A stretch of 29,740 nucleotides of DNA, taken from the IMG/VR virus record IMGVR_UViG_3300042319_001124, one strand, 5' to 3'. Position 1 is the first letter of the stretch, and each line of letters starts with the position of its first letter. This document shows, in pieces, positions 1 to 9,500 of this stretch. The notes beneath the pieces were generated by a model that saw only the letters and a list, made by a program, of their open reading frames with translations, ran no database searches and was not told where the DNA came from. A program made the position numbers and the translations under genes. This stretch comes from an uncultured virus (IMG/VR IMGVR_UViG_3300042319_001124) (Duplodnaviria > Heunggongvirae > Uroviricota > Caudoviricetes).

Positions 1-2370
1 GTGTCTACTTCCTCTATAACTAGTACCTGGACTAACATCATTAATTTTAGATAAACTACGAATTCTTTTTTGTAATACAAAGTCTCCTTGTTGTATAAGA
101 CTTGTAAAATTATTGTAGACTTTATTATTAAACTTATGTTCAGGTATAAGTAATCCAAAAATATCTTCTTTAATAGTTGCTTTTCTTGCACTAGTAGGAT
201 TTAACTCAGGATAAAGAAGACCTTGAGAAACAAAATGTTTATTTTTTAAAGTAGGCATTATTACTGCACTATCTAAAATAGTTCTTTCTTCTTCTGTTCT
301 TTCATTTCTTACAATGTAGTAACCAATAATATCTTGTCCATTAGTATCTGCTATACTTGGTTTAACTATATTAGAAAACTTAATACCCATTATATCAGTT
401 ACATATTGTTTTGACTCTGTGTCAAAAGAACTTTCACTAATAGTAATTTTATATTTTAAATTAGTAACAGGAGAAATTACAGTAGTATATACATCCATAC
501 TTGTACTACTTACAGAACCAGCTATAGCAAGAGGAGGATTAGTTACACCTGCTATAACTTCACTTATACCTATGAATCCAAGTGTAGTAGTAGGTATAGG
601 ACCAGAGTTAAAAAATATATTAACATTTTCTGTAGCTGCTACTGGAGGAGTCTGAGCTGTAGCTGCAAAATCATCTAGTTCTACTGATTCTATATAATGT
701 TGAGTAGAAGTTCCATCAGTATAAGTTAAGTCAAAATTATGGAAATCTACAAAAGTGTTTACACAAGATGCATTATAATATTGTTCTCCTTCTCCAGGAC
801 AAATTGTAGGTACTGTAACATTAACACCTATTGCTTCTACTTGAATAAATTTTAAAGCTGTAGTTAAAGTAGGTCCTGTAAGTTCTTGTACAAATCTTAA
901 TCCATAATCAGTTCTTAAAGGAAATCTATGATGTCTTACAGGTTGATTTGTTAAAGGTAAACCTTTGTAATCAGTGCCCCAAAATAAGTCTTGACCACAA
1001 GTAGCATTATCAATGTATGCAGAATCTTCAGCAGAGTTATTTGTACTTGGCATTCCATATACATTGTTTCCTGTAGTGTATACAAGATTAGAAGGTACTG
1101 AAGGTCCTTTACCTGGAATATGAAATACAGGAGATAAAGAGTTGTCTGCAAAAATATATACAATACCAAAAGAATAAATTTCTCCTGGCATATAACCTAA
1201 GCCATTAAAGTGAGCAGCAGGGTCTTTAGAGTTAGCATCATCTACAGGAACAGAGTTTAAAAAAACTTCTTTTGTAACTACATCAGAAGTAATCTGACTT
1301 GCATATTTTTGCAACTTACAAAAGTTAACCTGCTTACCTTCAACATCTCCCAGAATAAGTCTGTTTTCAATTTGCTCTATACTAGTTGCTTTTTCTATAA
1401 TTTGATTATAAGTAGTGACTTCTTCTTGAGTACCTTGAGTTTCAAAATTAACTCCAGTGTAATAAAATACAGTATCTCTAGTTGAAATTTCTTGTGTGTA
1501 TTTAGTGTCACTAACTAATCCATTACCACTATTAGCTTCAGTAATAGCAATCTGATAAAAAGGAAAAGTAATATCTAAGGAATTAGGGTCTAAAGTAATT
1601 TTAATAGCTTTATTACTATTACTAAAATTTAAATAAGAACCATTTGTTTCTTTAGTAGCTCCTCTTATATCTTTGTATTCAGTATTTAAAGGACTATTAT
1701 AAATCATAACAGTCTCAGTACTTGTAACAAATTCTGTAGGATTAAAATCAGCGTCTAAGTATCTAATAGAAAAGTTATAACTTCCAGGAGCAAGTTGTCC
1801 TGCACCATCTACAACTTCAATATCAGTTACTACAGGAATAGATTGATAGGATTTAAAAAGATTAAACTTAGAGATTTCCCAATCTCCTGTAACAGAGTTT
1901 TGAAACTCTTCAGGTTTATCAAAAACAAATAGTCTAGGTTTTGGATCTACCCAATATACAGTTCTTTCACAACCTCTTCTTAATCTAAAAGTTGCATCAA
2001 TTTGAGTTCCAATATTAAAACCAAGTTTTTCAGCTTGACTTTCATCTGTAACTGCAACAGTTAAATTACATTCTTTGTCAAGAGTGGCAATCATAGAATC
2101 TCCTGTAGAATTAACTAAAAACAATGCTTTAGTTTCATCTCCAATATAAACTTGACCTATAGGAATGTAACCTAAAGGTAATTCATAGCATTGTTGGTTA
2201 GATTCCTCATTAGATATAAAACCCAAATCTCCTTCTCTAGTTTCATCTACTCCAGTCATTACAAATCTTGTAGTGCCTTGAGGTTGATTAACTAAAGAGG
2301 AGTCTGTATTTAATCCTCCAAGAATATTTACTGAATTCTCTTGTTGTCTTTGTTCTTGATCTTGAGCCAT
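1..2370 (-). CDS. crAss-like tail stabilisation / muzzle protein, 5' part (3' end lies beyond the left edge; about 790 codons in window)
   Basis: Not in the ORF track because no stop codon falls in the window. ATG at 2370, 2 nt after the stop of the upstream gene. Manual translation gives MAQDQEQRQQENSVNILGGLNTDSSLVNQPQGTTRF...FISNEESN, and in the same frame LGYMPGEIYSFGIVYIFADN (~1141-1200), VRHHRFP (~920-940) and ...SYRGSRH at the edge. These motifs and the position after the tail tubular gene match crAss-like muzzle proteins. Segments were spot-translated, not every codon. Confidence 0.85.
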   Translation of the reverse strand, partial: MAQDQEQRQQENSVNILGGLNTDSSLVNQPQGTTRFVMTGVDETREGDLGFISNEESNQQCYELPLGYIPIGQVYIGDETKALFLVNSTGDSMIATLDKECNLTVAVTDESQAEKLGFNIGTQIDATFRLRRGCERTVYWVDPKPRLFVFDKPEEFQNSVTGDWEISKFNLFKSYQSIPVVTDIEVVDGAGQLAPGSYNFSIRYLDADFNPTEFVTSTETVMIYNSPLNTEYKDIRGATKETNGSYLNFSNSNKAIKITLDPNSLDITFPFYQIAITEANSGNGLVSDTKYTQEISTRDTVFYYTGVNFETQGTQEEVTTYNQIIEKATSIEQIENRLILGDVEGKQVNFCKLQKYASQITSDVVTKEVFLNSVPVDDANSKDPAAHFNGLGYMPGEIYSFGIVYIFADNSLSPVFHIPGKGPSVPSNLVYTTGNNVYGMPSTNNSAEDSAYIDNATCGQDLFWGTDYKGLPLTNQPVRHHRFPLRTDYGLRFVQELTGPTLTTALKFIQVEAIGVNVTVPTICPGEGEQYYNASCVNTFVDFHNFDLTYTDGTSTQHYIESVELDDFAATAQTPPVAATENVNIFFNSGPIPTTTLGFIGISEVIAGVTNPPLAIAGSVSSTSMDVYTTVISPVTNLKYKITISESSFDTESKQYVTDIMGIKFSNIVKPSIADTNGQDIIGYYIVRNERTEEERTILDSAVIMPTLKNKHFVSQGLLYPELNPTSARKATIKEDIFGLLIPEHKFNNKVYNNFTSLIQQGDFVLQKRIRSLSKINDVSPGTSYRGSRH

Positions 2371-2372
2371 AA

Positions 2373-3401
2373 TTATCTCATATAAGCTGAGTTACCTGAT
2401 GTGTATCTATATTTGTTTGTGAAGGTAGGGTCATTAAAGATTCTATCTTCAGCTCTTCCTAACTTACCAAAGAAACCATAGTATCTTTTGTTTCTTGGTA
2501 ATAAGTAATTTCCTTGTTCCATAAGGTCTTCATACTCATCAGTTCCCCAAGGCATTTTAGCTTTGTTCTTAAACTGTTTAATGTACTTTAACCATCTTGC
2601 TTCTGCTACTTGAGCAATTTGCATAGCACCTTCTCTATGATTCCAAGCTTCTCTTTCTTTTACTTTCCAACCTAAGTAGTAAGTAATAGCAGCCTTTGCT
2701 GACTCATCATCTGGTACTAAAGGATATCCTGTTTCTACATCTACTTTTGTTCTGAGATAAGCTACAGCTACAAGACCTTCTTTAAAACTAAATCTAAGTT
2801 GGTCTTCTATGATAGTGTACTCATCTGCTAAGTAGTTACTGTTATTGTATAACCCATCACTAGCAGTATTCTGACATACTAAAGTATTAAAGAAAGTGTG
2901 GTTAGCTAGTCTCACAGGAGTGAATTTAGTTCTAAAAGATTTAGAATGAACCCAACCTAAGTATTCATATTGAAGGTCAAAGTAAGGTCTGTAATAACCA
3001 ACTTCAGGGTCAGCTATTAATTCTCCTTGACAATCTAAAAGCACCATATCATTAGCAGGAGTACTGCAACAAGCACTACAACCACAATTTGTTACAGGAG
3101 TTTCAGAAACAAGTTCTGTAACAATAGCTTGAGGAGTACAAACCTTAACCTCTGTAGGAGTCCAAGCATTGTTCTTAGCTACTTGAATTATGTATTGTAA
3201 TCCATTAGGCAAAGCTGCTTGATAGTTTTTTACCTCTAAGAAAGCAATAGCTTCTTCTGTTACAGTAGACATTTTCATGTGCCCTAAAGCTTCTCCTATC
3301 CATTCAATAGCATCATCTTCATTAAGCTCATTGCCTCTGAAGTCTCTTAGATACTTAGATAGGATAGTATCTACACTTACATATTGAAATCTCTGTTGCA
3401 T
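2373..3401 (-). CDS. crAss-like tail tubular / ring protein
   Basis: 342 aa. N-terminal YVSVDTILSKY...DAIEWIGEAL, LEVKNYQAALP and YLRTKVDVETGYPLVPDDES resemble crAss-like tail tubular proteins. Lies directly upstream of the muzzle gene. Carries a CGCSACC cluster. Confidence 0.75.
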   Translation of the reverse strand: MQQRFQYVSVDTILSKYLRDFRGNELNEDDAIEWIGEALGHMKMSTVTEEAIAFLEVKNYQAALPNGLQYIIQVAKNNAWTPTEVKVCTPQAIVTELVSETPVTNCGCSACCSTPANDMVLLDCQGELIADPEVGYYRPYFDLQYEYLGWVHSKSFRTKFTPVRLANHTFFNTLVCQNTASDGLYNNSNYLADEYTIIEDQLRFSFKEGLVAVAYLRTKVDVETGYPLVPDDESAKAAITYYLGWKVKEREAWNHREGAMQIAQVAEARWLKYIKQFKNKAKMPWGTDEYEDLMEQGNYLLPRNKRYYGFFGKLGRAEDRIFNDPTFTNKYRYTSGNSAYMR

Positions 3402-3402
3402 T

Positions 3403-3630
3403 TTAAGTATATATTATTGTTAGTATTGCTGCTCCAAAAATTGTAGCAAACATATCTTCTATATCAAATTTACCATAACTCCAGTAATCATATATTTCTT
3501 TAGCTGCAGCAAAAAGAATCACTACACACAAAGCTAATACATTCTGTAAAAAGAAATTAGATAGTACATAGATTACAAGACCATATATAATATGGTTAGC
3601 TTTGTCTAAAGGTATAAGAGGTAGTTTCAT
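3403..3630 (-). CDS. Small membrane protein with DKxxH motif (VanZ-like); lysis-associated role possible
   Basis: 75 aa with about three hydrophobic segments. DKANHIIYG, KEIYD and DMFATIFG resemble VanZ-like small membrane proteins often seen in phages. Packed 1 nt from both neighbours. Confidence 0.6.
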   Translation of the reverse strand: MKLPLIPLDKANHIIYGLVIYVLSNFFLQNVLALCVVILFAAAKEIYDYWSYGKFDIEDMFATIFGAAILTIIYT

Positions 3631-3631
3631 A

Positions 3632-4099
3632 TTAAAACAATTTGTATTCTACAATAACATTATATCCTGCAGGATTATTAGGTTGTACAAATCCTTGTAC
3701 ACCAACTTTAATCTTAGGGTATTCTAATAAAAGTCTACCATACACAATAGGATTGTTTACTGTAAGCTGAACTGATTGCATTCCCATGTAACCATGTAGT
3801 TCAGGTTTCTTCCACCATCCTATAGCTTTATCTTGTATTTCAATTATCTTATCCTTATTAACTATGATACTATCTTTAATACTTAAAAGACTTCTTAGTT
3901 CAGATATTTGATTCTTAAGATTAGATATTCTGTCATCTTTAATAGAAAGTAGTTGTCTACACACATCACCTCTTACAAGGTCTTTAACAACTTCTCTAGC
4001 AACTTTCTCATCTAATACTATCTTCTTTATTGTATCTGTTTGAGAAATACCCTTGAAGCTCACTAATAGACATAGAATCAATAACCTTAATTGTATCAT
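3632..4099 (-). CDS. Exported coiled-coil protein with C-terminal beta-strand tail; putative outer spanin-like subunit
   Basis: Signal-peptide-like N-terminus (MIQLRLLILCLLVSFKGIS|Q), heptad-rich middle (LLSIKDDRISNLKNQISELRSLLSIKDSII), amphipathic strands ending ...YNVIVEYKLF. Overlaps the upstream gene by 92 nt. Confidence 0.55.
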   Translation of the reverse strand: MIQLRLLILCLLVSFKGISQTDTIKKIVLDEKVAREVVKDLVRGDVCRQLLSIKDDRISNLKNQISELRSLLSIKDSIIVNKDKIIEIQDKAIGWWKKPELHGYMGMQSVQLTVNNPIVYGRLLLEYPKIKVGVQGFVQPNNPAGYNVIVEYKLF

Positions 4100-4349
4100 G
4101 TTGTATCTGTATTAGAATCTTTTCCTTATTAGTAATAGTAGTTTCACTGATTTTTAAACTATCAAGTTTACTCCAATGAAACTGTTCTTTCTGTTCTAAG
4201 ACTTTAATCTCTGCTTCTAGACGTTGCTTTTCTTTAAGTAACTCTTCTTTCTTAAGGTTACCATAAAGTAAGAACAATACAAAAATAACGATTAATATAG
4301 AACCAAGCCATTGTTTCTTTAAGAAATTAACTATAAGGTATATAGACAT
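4008..4349 (-). CDS. Putative inner-membrane spanin-like subunit (N-terminal TM helix + coiled coil)
   Basis: KKQWLGSILIVIFVLFLLYG single TM segment followed by a charged coiled coil (LKKEELLKEKQRLEAEIKVLEQKE). Overlapped arrangement with the next gene resembles Rz/Rz1-type pairs. Confidence 0.55.
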   Translation of the reverse strand: MSIYLIVNFLKKQWLGSILIVIFVLFLLYGNLKKEELLKEKQRLEAEIKVLEQKEQFHWSKLDSLKISETTITNKEKILIQIQHDTIKVIDSMSISELQGYFSNRYNKEDSIR

Positions 4350-4364
4350 ACTATCTTATTATAT

Positions 4365-4402
4365 AAAGGAAAAACACACTAGACTAAAATCTAGTGTGTT
4401 TT
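4365..4402 (-). terminator. Rho-independent terminator-like hairpin
   Basis: Perfect 13-bp inverted repeat AAAACACACTAGA (4371-4383) / TCTAGTGTGTTTT (4390-4402) with a 6-nt loop. On the minus strand it ends in TTTTT then CCTTT. Confidence 0.75.
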
Positions 4403-4731
4403 ATTTTTCCTTCATTAATTTTAAAAGAAATTTGACCTTTGTTAGGAACTCCATCTTTAACAAATACAATAGCGTTTACTACAGTAAGAGTTTCTTCAGG
4501 TTTCAAAGTAGGTTTCTTAGTATCTAAGAAAGTAGATAAAAGAGTTACCTCTTCTGCAGTAGCTGCAACTTCTTTAATAGTTCTCCAATGAGCTACTAGT
4601 TCAGCTTTTGCTGTAGCATCTTCTTCTTTTTTAGATTTTAATAATTCTTTTTGTTCAGCAGTAAAGCCTAAGTCTTTGTAATCAACTTGTGCCATCCAAT
4701 TACCTTCTGAGTTTAAGTTAAATAGTTTCAT
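4384..4731 (-). CDS. Hypothetical protein (fibre-associated; chaperone role possible)
   Basis: 115 aa ORF with an A-rich leader (AAAAACAAATAAAAAAATG), directly downstream of two fibre genes and followed by a terminator. No family recognised. Confidence 0.7.
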   Translation of the reverse strand: MKLFNLNSEGNWMAQVDYKDLGFTAEQKELLKSKKEEDATAKAELVAHWRTIKEVAATAEEVTLLSTFLDTKKPTLKPEETLTVVNAIVFVKDGVPNKGQISFKINEGKIKHTRF

Positions 4732-4755
4732 TTTTTATTTGTTTTTAAAATTAAA

Positions 4756-6537
4756 TTAATCAGTTATGTTTACATTGTAACTAGCATAGCCAACTGTAGC
4801 TGTTCCATTTCCTAAATCATCATCATTTATACAAAAGTGACAAGTAGCAGCAGTACCATCTAAATAACTTGCATCACTAAAATAACAATTATAAAAGTCA
4901 GCATAAATATTACTATCAGCATAAAAACAAGAGTTACCTACTTTACAGTTTCTATAAGATCCATATATATTAGCATCATCACTATTAAAACAATTATGTC
5001 TAGTTTTAACATTTTCAAAATTTCCGTCAAAATAATTAGAGCTTTGAAAACAATCTTGTCCAACTTCAGTATCTTTTACAAATAAATCTATTTCATAACC
5101 TCTAAAAGAATAATCTCCAAAACGACAATCAATAACAGTAACATATAATTCATCATCTACATCAAAACAATTAGGAGAATAGTTTCCATTATAACTTAAA
5201 CTATTACAACCTATAGCAGTAACTTCATAATCTTCTACTCCATAACCAAAAGAATATCCTTGAGGTACCCTACAGTTTTTAAAAGTATAACCTTCTCCAT
5301 ATTGTCCATTTCCATCAGCGAAAGGATCTGCTCCAAAAGAGAAAGGACCTCCAATACAATTTTCAATAAGTACTCCAGTTAAACCTTCATCTACAAAAAT
5401 TGGAAAGTTATAATCATAACTATCGGGTTCAGCCCAATTATACCAATTACTAGAACCAGTATTACCCCCTACTATACCTCTTACTGTTACATAACTAGTT
5501 TGTACAGAAAGGCAAGGACTAAATGTTGTATATACACCATTTGGACCATATACCAAAGTTATATGAATCGAAGCATCATTATCAGCATCAGCAGTTAATC
5601 CTGCTATAAGATTAGTGTATCCTGTAGGAATAACATAATCTGAATAATAAATAGCAGTTACTACCCAAGACTCTTCAGTTCTATCATACAATCCTATAAA
5701 AAGACTTAGAGTATCAGGAACCATATTAATATAAAGAGAATATTCATGACCTACAATTAAATCTCCAGGAATAGTTATTTCATCATAATCATTAAATCCA
5801 ACAACTTCTATAGTATCTTCACAGTTTATCTGAATTTTAAATAAAGTACCGTCATGAGTATCTCCCCAAGCCCATTTAGGAATACTTCCGTTGCTCCAAA
5901 TAGCAAAACCTAAATCAGAACAAGTATCTTCTTGTATAAAATCAATCTGATAATCTAAATTACCACTATTAGTGTTTATAGAATCAAATCTTACAGGATA
6001 AGATTCATCTTCTTGATCTGTACCACTAAAAAATATACCTTGAGAATCTACTCCATAATTACTTCCAAATACATTATCTCCAACATTTAAAAAAGTAAAA
6101 ATATCAAGAAATTCTTGAGAAGTGTTAGCACTTTGATATAAAATTGCATCAATAGCAAAAGCATCATTTTGAGTATCAACCCAAAAAAATACATCAGGTT
6201 CTCCTGTTAAAGATACTACATTAATACCTGGAGAATATAGTACAAGAGGTTCTCCATCTTCAAAATAATATTCTCCAGGAGGAATTAAAATAGTATGTGT
6301 ATATTCATTATCATACGAATCTTTATCTGCTAAAGTTTTATATAGATTTTTTAGAGCTTTACCTCTATTTCTACTTGTATCTTTGTCAGGATCTATCTGA
6401 AGAATAGTATACTGTTCTTTAAGACCTTGAGTGCCTCCACCACCATATACGGTAGTATTTAAGTCTTTGACTTTAGCATACAAGTCTACGACTCTTTGTT
6501 CTGATTTCTTGATTCTATCAAGTATTTGCTTTTCCAT
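4756..6537 (-). CDS. Tail spike/fibre-like protein with beta-helix repeats
   Basis: 593 aa, acidic. N-terminal coiled coil, then TILIPPGEYYF (typical lead-in of right-handed beta-helices), and C-terminal ~20-aa repeats (NCIGGPFSFG, NCRVPQGYSFG, DCRFGDYSFRG, NCKVGNSCFY). Confidence 0.65.
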   Translation of the reverse strand: MEKQILDRIKKSEQRVVDLYAKVKDLNTTVYGGGGTQGLKEQYTILQIDPDKDTSRNRGKALKNLYKTLADKDSYDNEYTHTILIPPGEYYFEDGEPLVLYSPGINVVSLTGEPDVFFWVDTQNDAFAIDAILYQSANTSQEFLDIFTFLNVGDNVFGSNYGVDSQGIFFSGTDQEDESYPVRFDSINTNSGNLDYQIDFIQEDTCSDLGFAIWSNGSIPKWAWGDTHDGTLFKIQINCEDTIEVVGFNDYDEITIPGDLIVGHEYSLYINMVPDTLSLFIGLYDRTEESWVVTAIYYSDYVIPTGYTNLIAGLTADADNDASIHITLVYGPNGVYTTFSPCLSVQTSYVTVRGIVGGNTGSSNWYNWAEPDSYDYNFPIFVDEGLTGVLIENCIGGPFSFGADPFADGNGQYGEGYTFKNCRVPQGYSFGYGVEDYEVTAIGCNSLSYNGNYSPNCFDVDDELYVTVIDCRFGDYSFRGYEIDLFVKDTEVGQDCFQSSNYFDGNFENVKTRHNCFNSDDANIYGSYRNCKVGNSCFYADSNIYADFYNCYFSDASYLDGTAATCHFCINDDDLGNGTATVGYASYNVNITD

Positions 6538-6555
6538 AATTTTTTAGTTAAGAGG

Positions 6556-9500
6556 TTATGATGTTACAACAGTAACAGTTAAAGTTCCACTATTGTTTAT
6601 ATATTTAATATAGTTAGTTCCGTTTCTACCTGTTACAACATCTTTAGTATAGGTAATTTCATATATTCTTGTAGCAAGAGATATATCCTCAATTAAAGTG
6701 ACATAATCAAAGTTTGTTAATGCTATACTTCCTGATAACGATGATGCTGATAAACTTACTAGTGAACTTTTCAAAGCATTATCATTAAAGGCTAATCCAT
6801 CTAATATTAAATTATTAATTGAACTGTTATTTAAGGTATTATTAAAAAATGATCCCTGATTAAATTCTGAAAGACTTAAAATAGAATTATTAAAATAATT
6901 TTTAGAAAAATAACCATTAGTCCCTTCTATAAAGTTACAAGTTATTATTTGAGAATGTGTAATAATATTATGTTGAAAAGCTATACGCCCATTAAGGTTA
7001 TTACCAGCAAATGAAGAATTATCAAATACATTGTGAATAAAATATCTTCCTCTAAAATTAATGACGTCTACATGACTATTAGTTATTTTATTTGCATACA
7101 TTCCAACATTATCTTCATCAATACTTGTATATTCATTACCCCATTGAAATCCTGGAATGCTTCTGGATATAGGCTGATTATAATCTATACTCCATGTTTG
7201 CTCTACAACATTCCCAGCATTGTCTTTTCTAGAACTAATGAAATCATGTGCATAGTCATATGTAATTTCATCCCATACAGCATTGTAAATAAGATCACTG
7301 TAGAAAGCTTCATGTAGTTCTATAGATGTAATATTAGCTGTCTCATCATCACTATTACTAATTTCTGTAGCAAATGATAAGAACAATGGAGGACATGATA
7401 CAATAATATAATCAACGCCTACTTCTGTAACAAGCATTGACAAATTAGTATTATTAGGATCATAAACAATCTCTCCTGCAGTAAAAAGTGAAACATCATC
7501 TACAAACACTTTGAATTTACCAGGGAATGTCCATTTGTCATAAGTTAAATTATATGAAGAAGGATTTCCTATAGAATCATTTCCAGTATATGTTACAACA
7601 AGTCCTCCCCATATAGCAGTGTCTCCTTGTTCATACTCACCAGCTTCATTCCATATTCCAAATCCAACTACATCTTTATCATATCTAGGATTGTAGAACA
7701 AGCCCATTGCTGTGTCATTAAATGTATGTACACTATTTGCTTGTATAACAATTTCTGTTCCTCCATACAAGAACAAGTCCACATCCATGATGTGATAGAA
7801 TGCACCTGGCACTAATAAATTATTAGATACAAGATAGTCTATTTGTGCTTTTGTATGTGGCTGTGAAAGAGGATAGTCTGTGATTACATCATATGTAGCA
7901 TTATAATAACAAGGTCTGTTAACAGGTTCTTTTCCTCCTTCAAAAGGTTGAACAGTGTAGTCAAGGACTGTTCCTGTCACTCCTTCTGCATTAAATACAC
8001 ATCCTTCTCCTTGTATGTAAACATCAGTTGGTGTACTATCATACCCAGGATTAGCATTATCATCTAATTCTACTTCCATTGTATAGGGAAGTCCAGCAAT
8101 AAAACTAAGAACAGTCCCTATTAAATTGCCTGTAATAGAATCATATATAATATCTCCAGGAACAGGTGCTGTACATTCTTGTAAATTACCTTGGAATGTA
8201 ACAATAGTTCTAACCACTAATGTTTGACCTGCTTCGTTTCCAAACTGTGTTCCTGAAACAAAAAGACATCCACCCACTGTAGTACATGTATATCCAGGAT
8301 CTACAATGCTAGCACAGATGGTTTCTGCCACCTCAGCAGTTGTAGAAACAGGAGCTCCTAAAGCTTGAATGTTTGTATATAAATCTGTTGTGATGTTGTA
8401 TTTGAATATTTGTCCATATTGATCTTGGGAACATCCTTCTGGTAATCTCACCTGATTTGTCATTCCATACAATACATCTCCAAGAGGAAGAAGTTGTCCT
8501 AAATAAGGAGAACCCCCATCACTTGGAACATTAAATGTATGCAATGTTGTAAATATACCTACACTAAGATCGTATTTATAAATACTTCCCACTGGAGGAG
8601 TACAGCTATCAGTTTCATCATATGAAGCATTTGTACATCCATACAAATTACCAGCTATTTCTACAGGACATACAGCATCTCCATATCCATAATCTGCATC
8701 AAAACTATATACAACATTGAGTGATGGAGATGTAGAGATGTCTGTAATTTGACATATTGTTCCCCAATTATTATCTCCTCCTTGAATTGTATTAAAATAA
8801 ACATTACCATCACTGGCCAACATCACTCCTCCACTAGCACCATATATACTAACGTCATCAATGTTTACAACTATCTCATCATTTCCTGTACTAAGTGTAT
8901 ATTTAAAAACTGTACCACTATTAGCAGTTCCACCTCTAAGAGAAGTTCCCCATAATTCTCCAGGAATAACTTCTGTTAATGGTCCTAGTGGATTAATAAT
9001 ACTTTCATTATCATCCATCTGCAATAACACTGTATATGTATTAGCTATAGGATCAAATTCAAATAATGTTCCAGCATCATTAGCTCCACTATATTGACAA
9101 GTTCCATATAGTTTTCCTCCTGTATATAATAATGTTCCTGAAGGATTTCCTCCTTCTGTAGAAGGATTCATTGAATATAATACAGTGAATGTGTTTGTTG
9201 CTATATTCCATTTCCATATAGTTCCAGGGTTAAGACCCATAGAAGAACCACCATTACTACATGTACCATATAATTCTCCTGCTATTTCAACAAGTCCTGA
9301 ACTAGGAGTATTACCATACGTGGTACTATCATCAAAATTAAATAAAATCTTAACTTGCTCTGTAACAGGATCCATTGAGAACAATTGTCCATCATATTTA
9401 GGATGCGATTGCAATGTTCCATAAATCAAACCATCTGTAGCTTGCATTAATGTATTTAAATAAACTCCTCTTCCAAGAAGATTATTAAAATCAAAACATA

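Noticed and set aside
951..1169. 72-aa minus-strand ORF
   Set aside because: Alternate frame inside the muzzle gene; Leu/Ile/Tyr-rich composition is typical of off-frame AT-rich DNA.
4756..7100. Diversity-generating retroelement target in the Asn-rich fibre C-termini
   Set aside because: No reverse transcriptase and no second near-identical template copy seen in the window; a distant template cannot be excluded.
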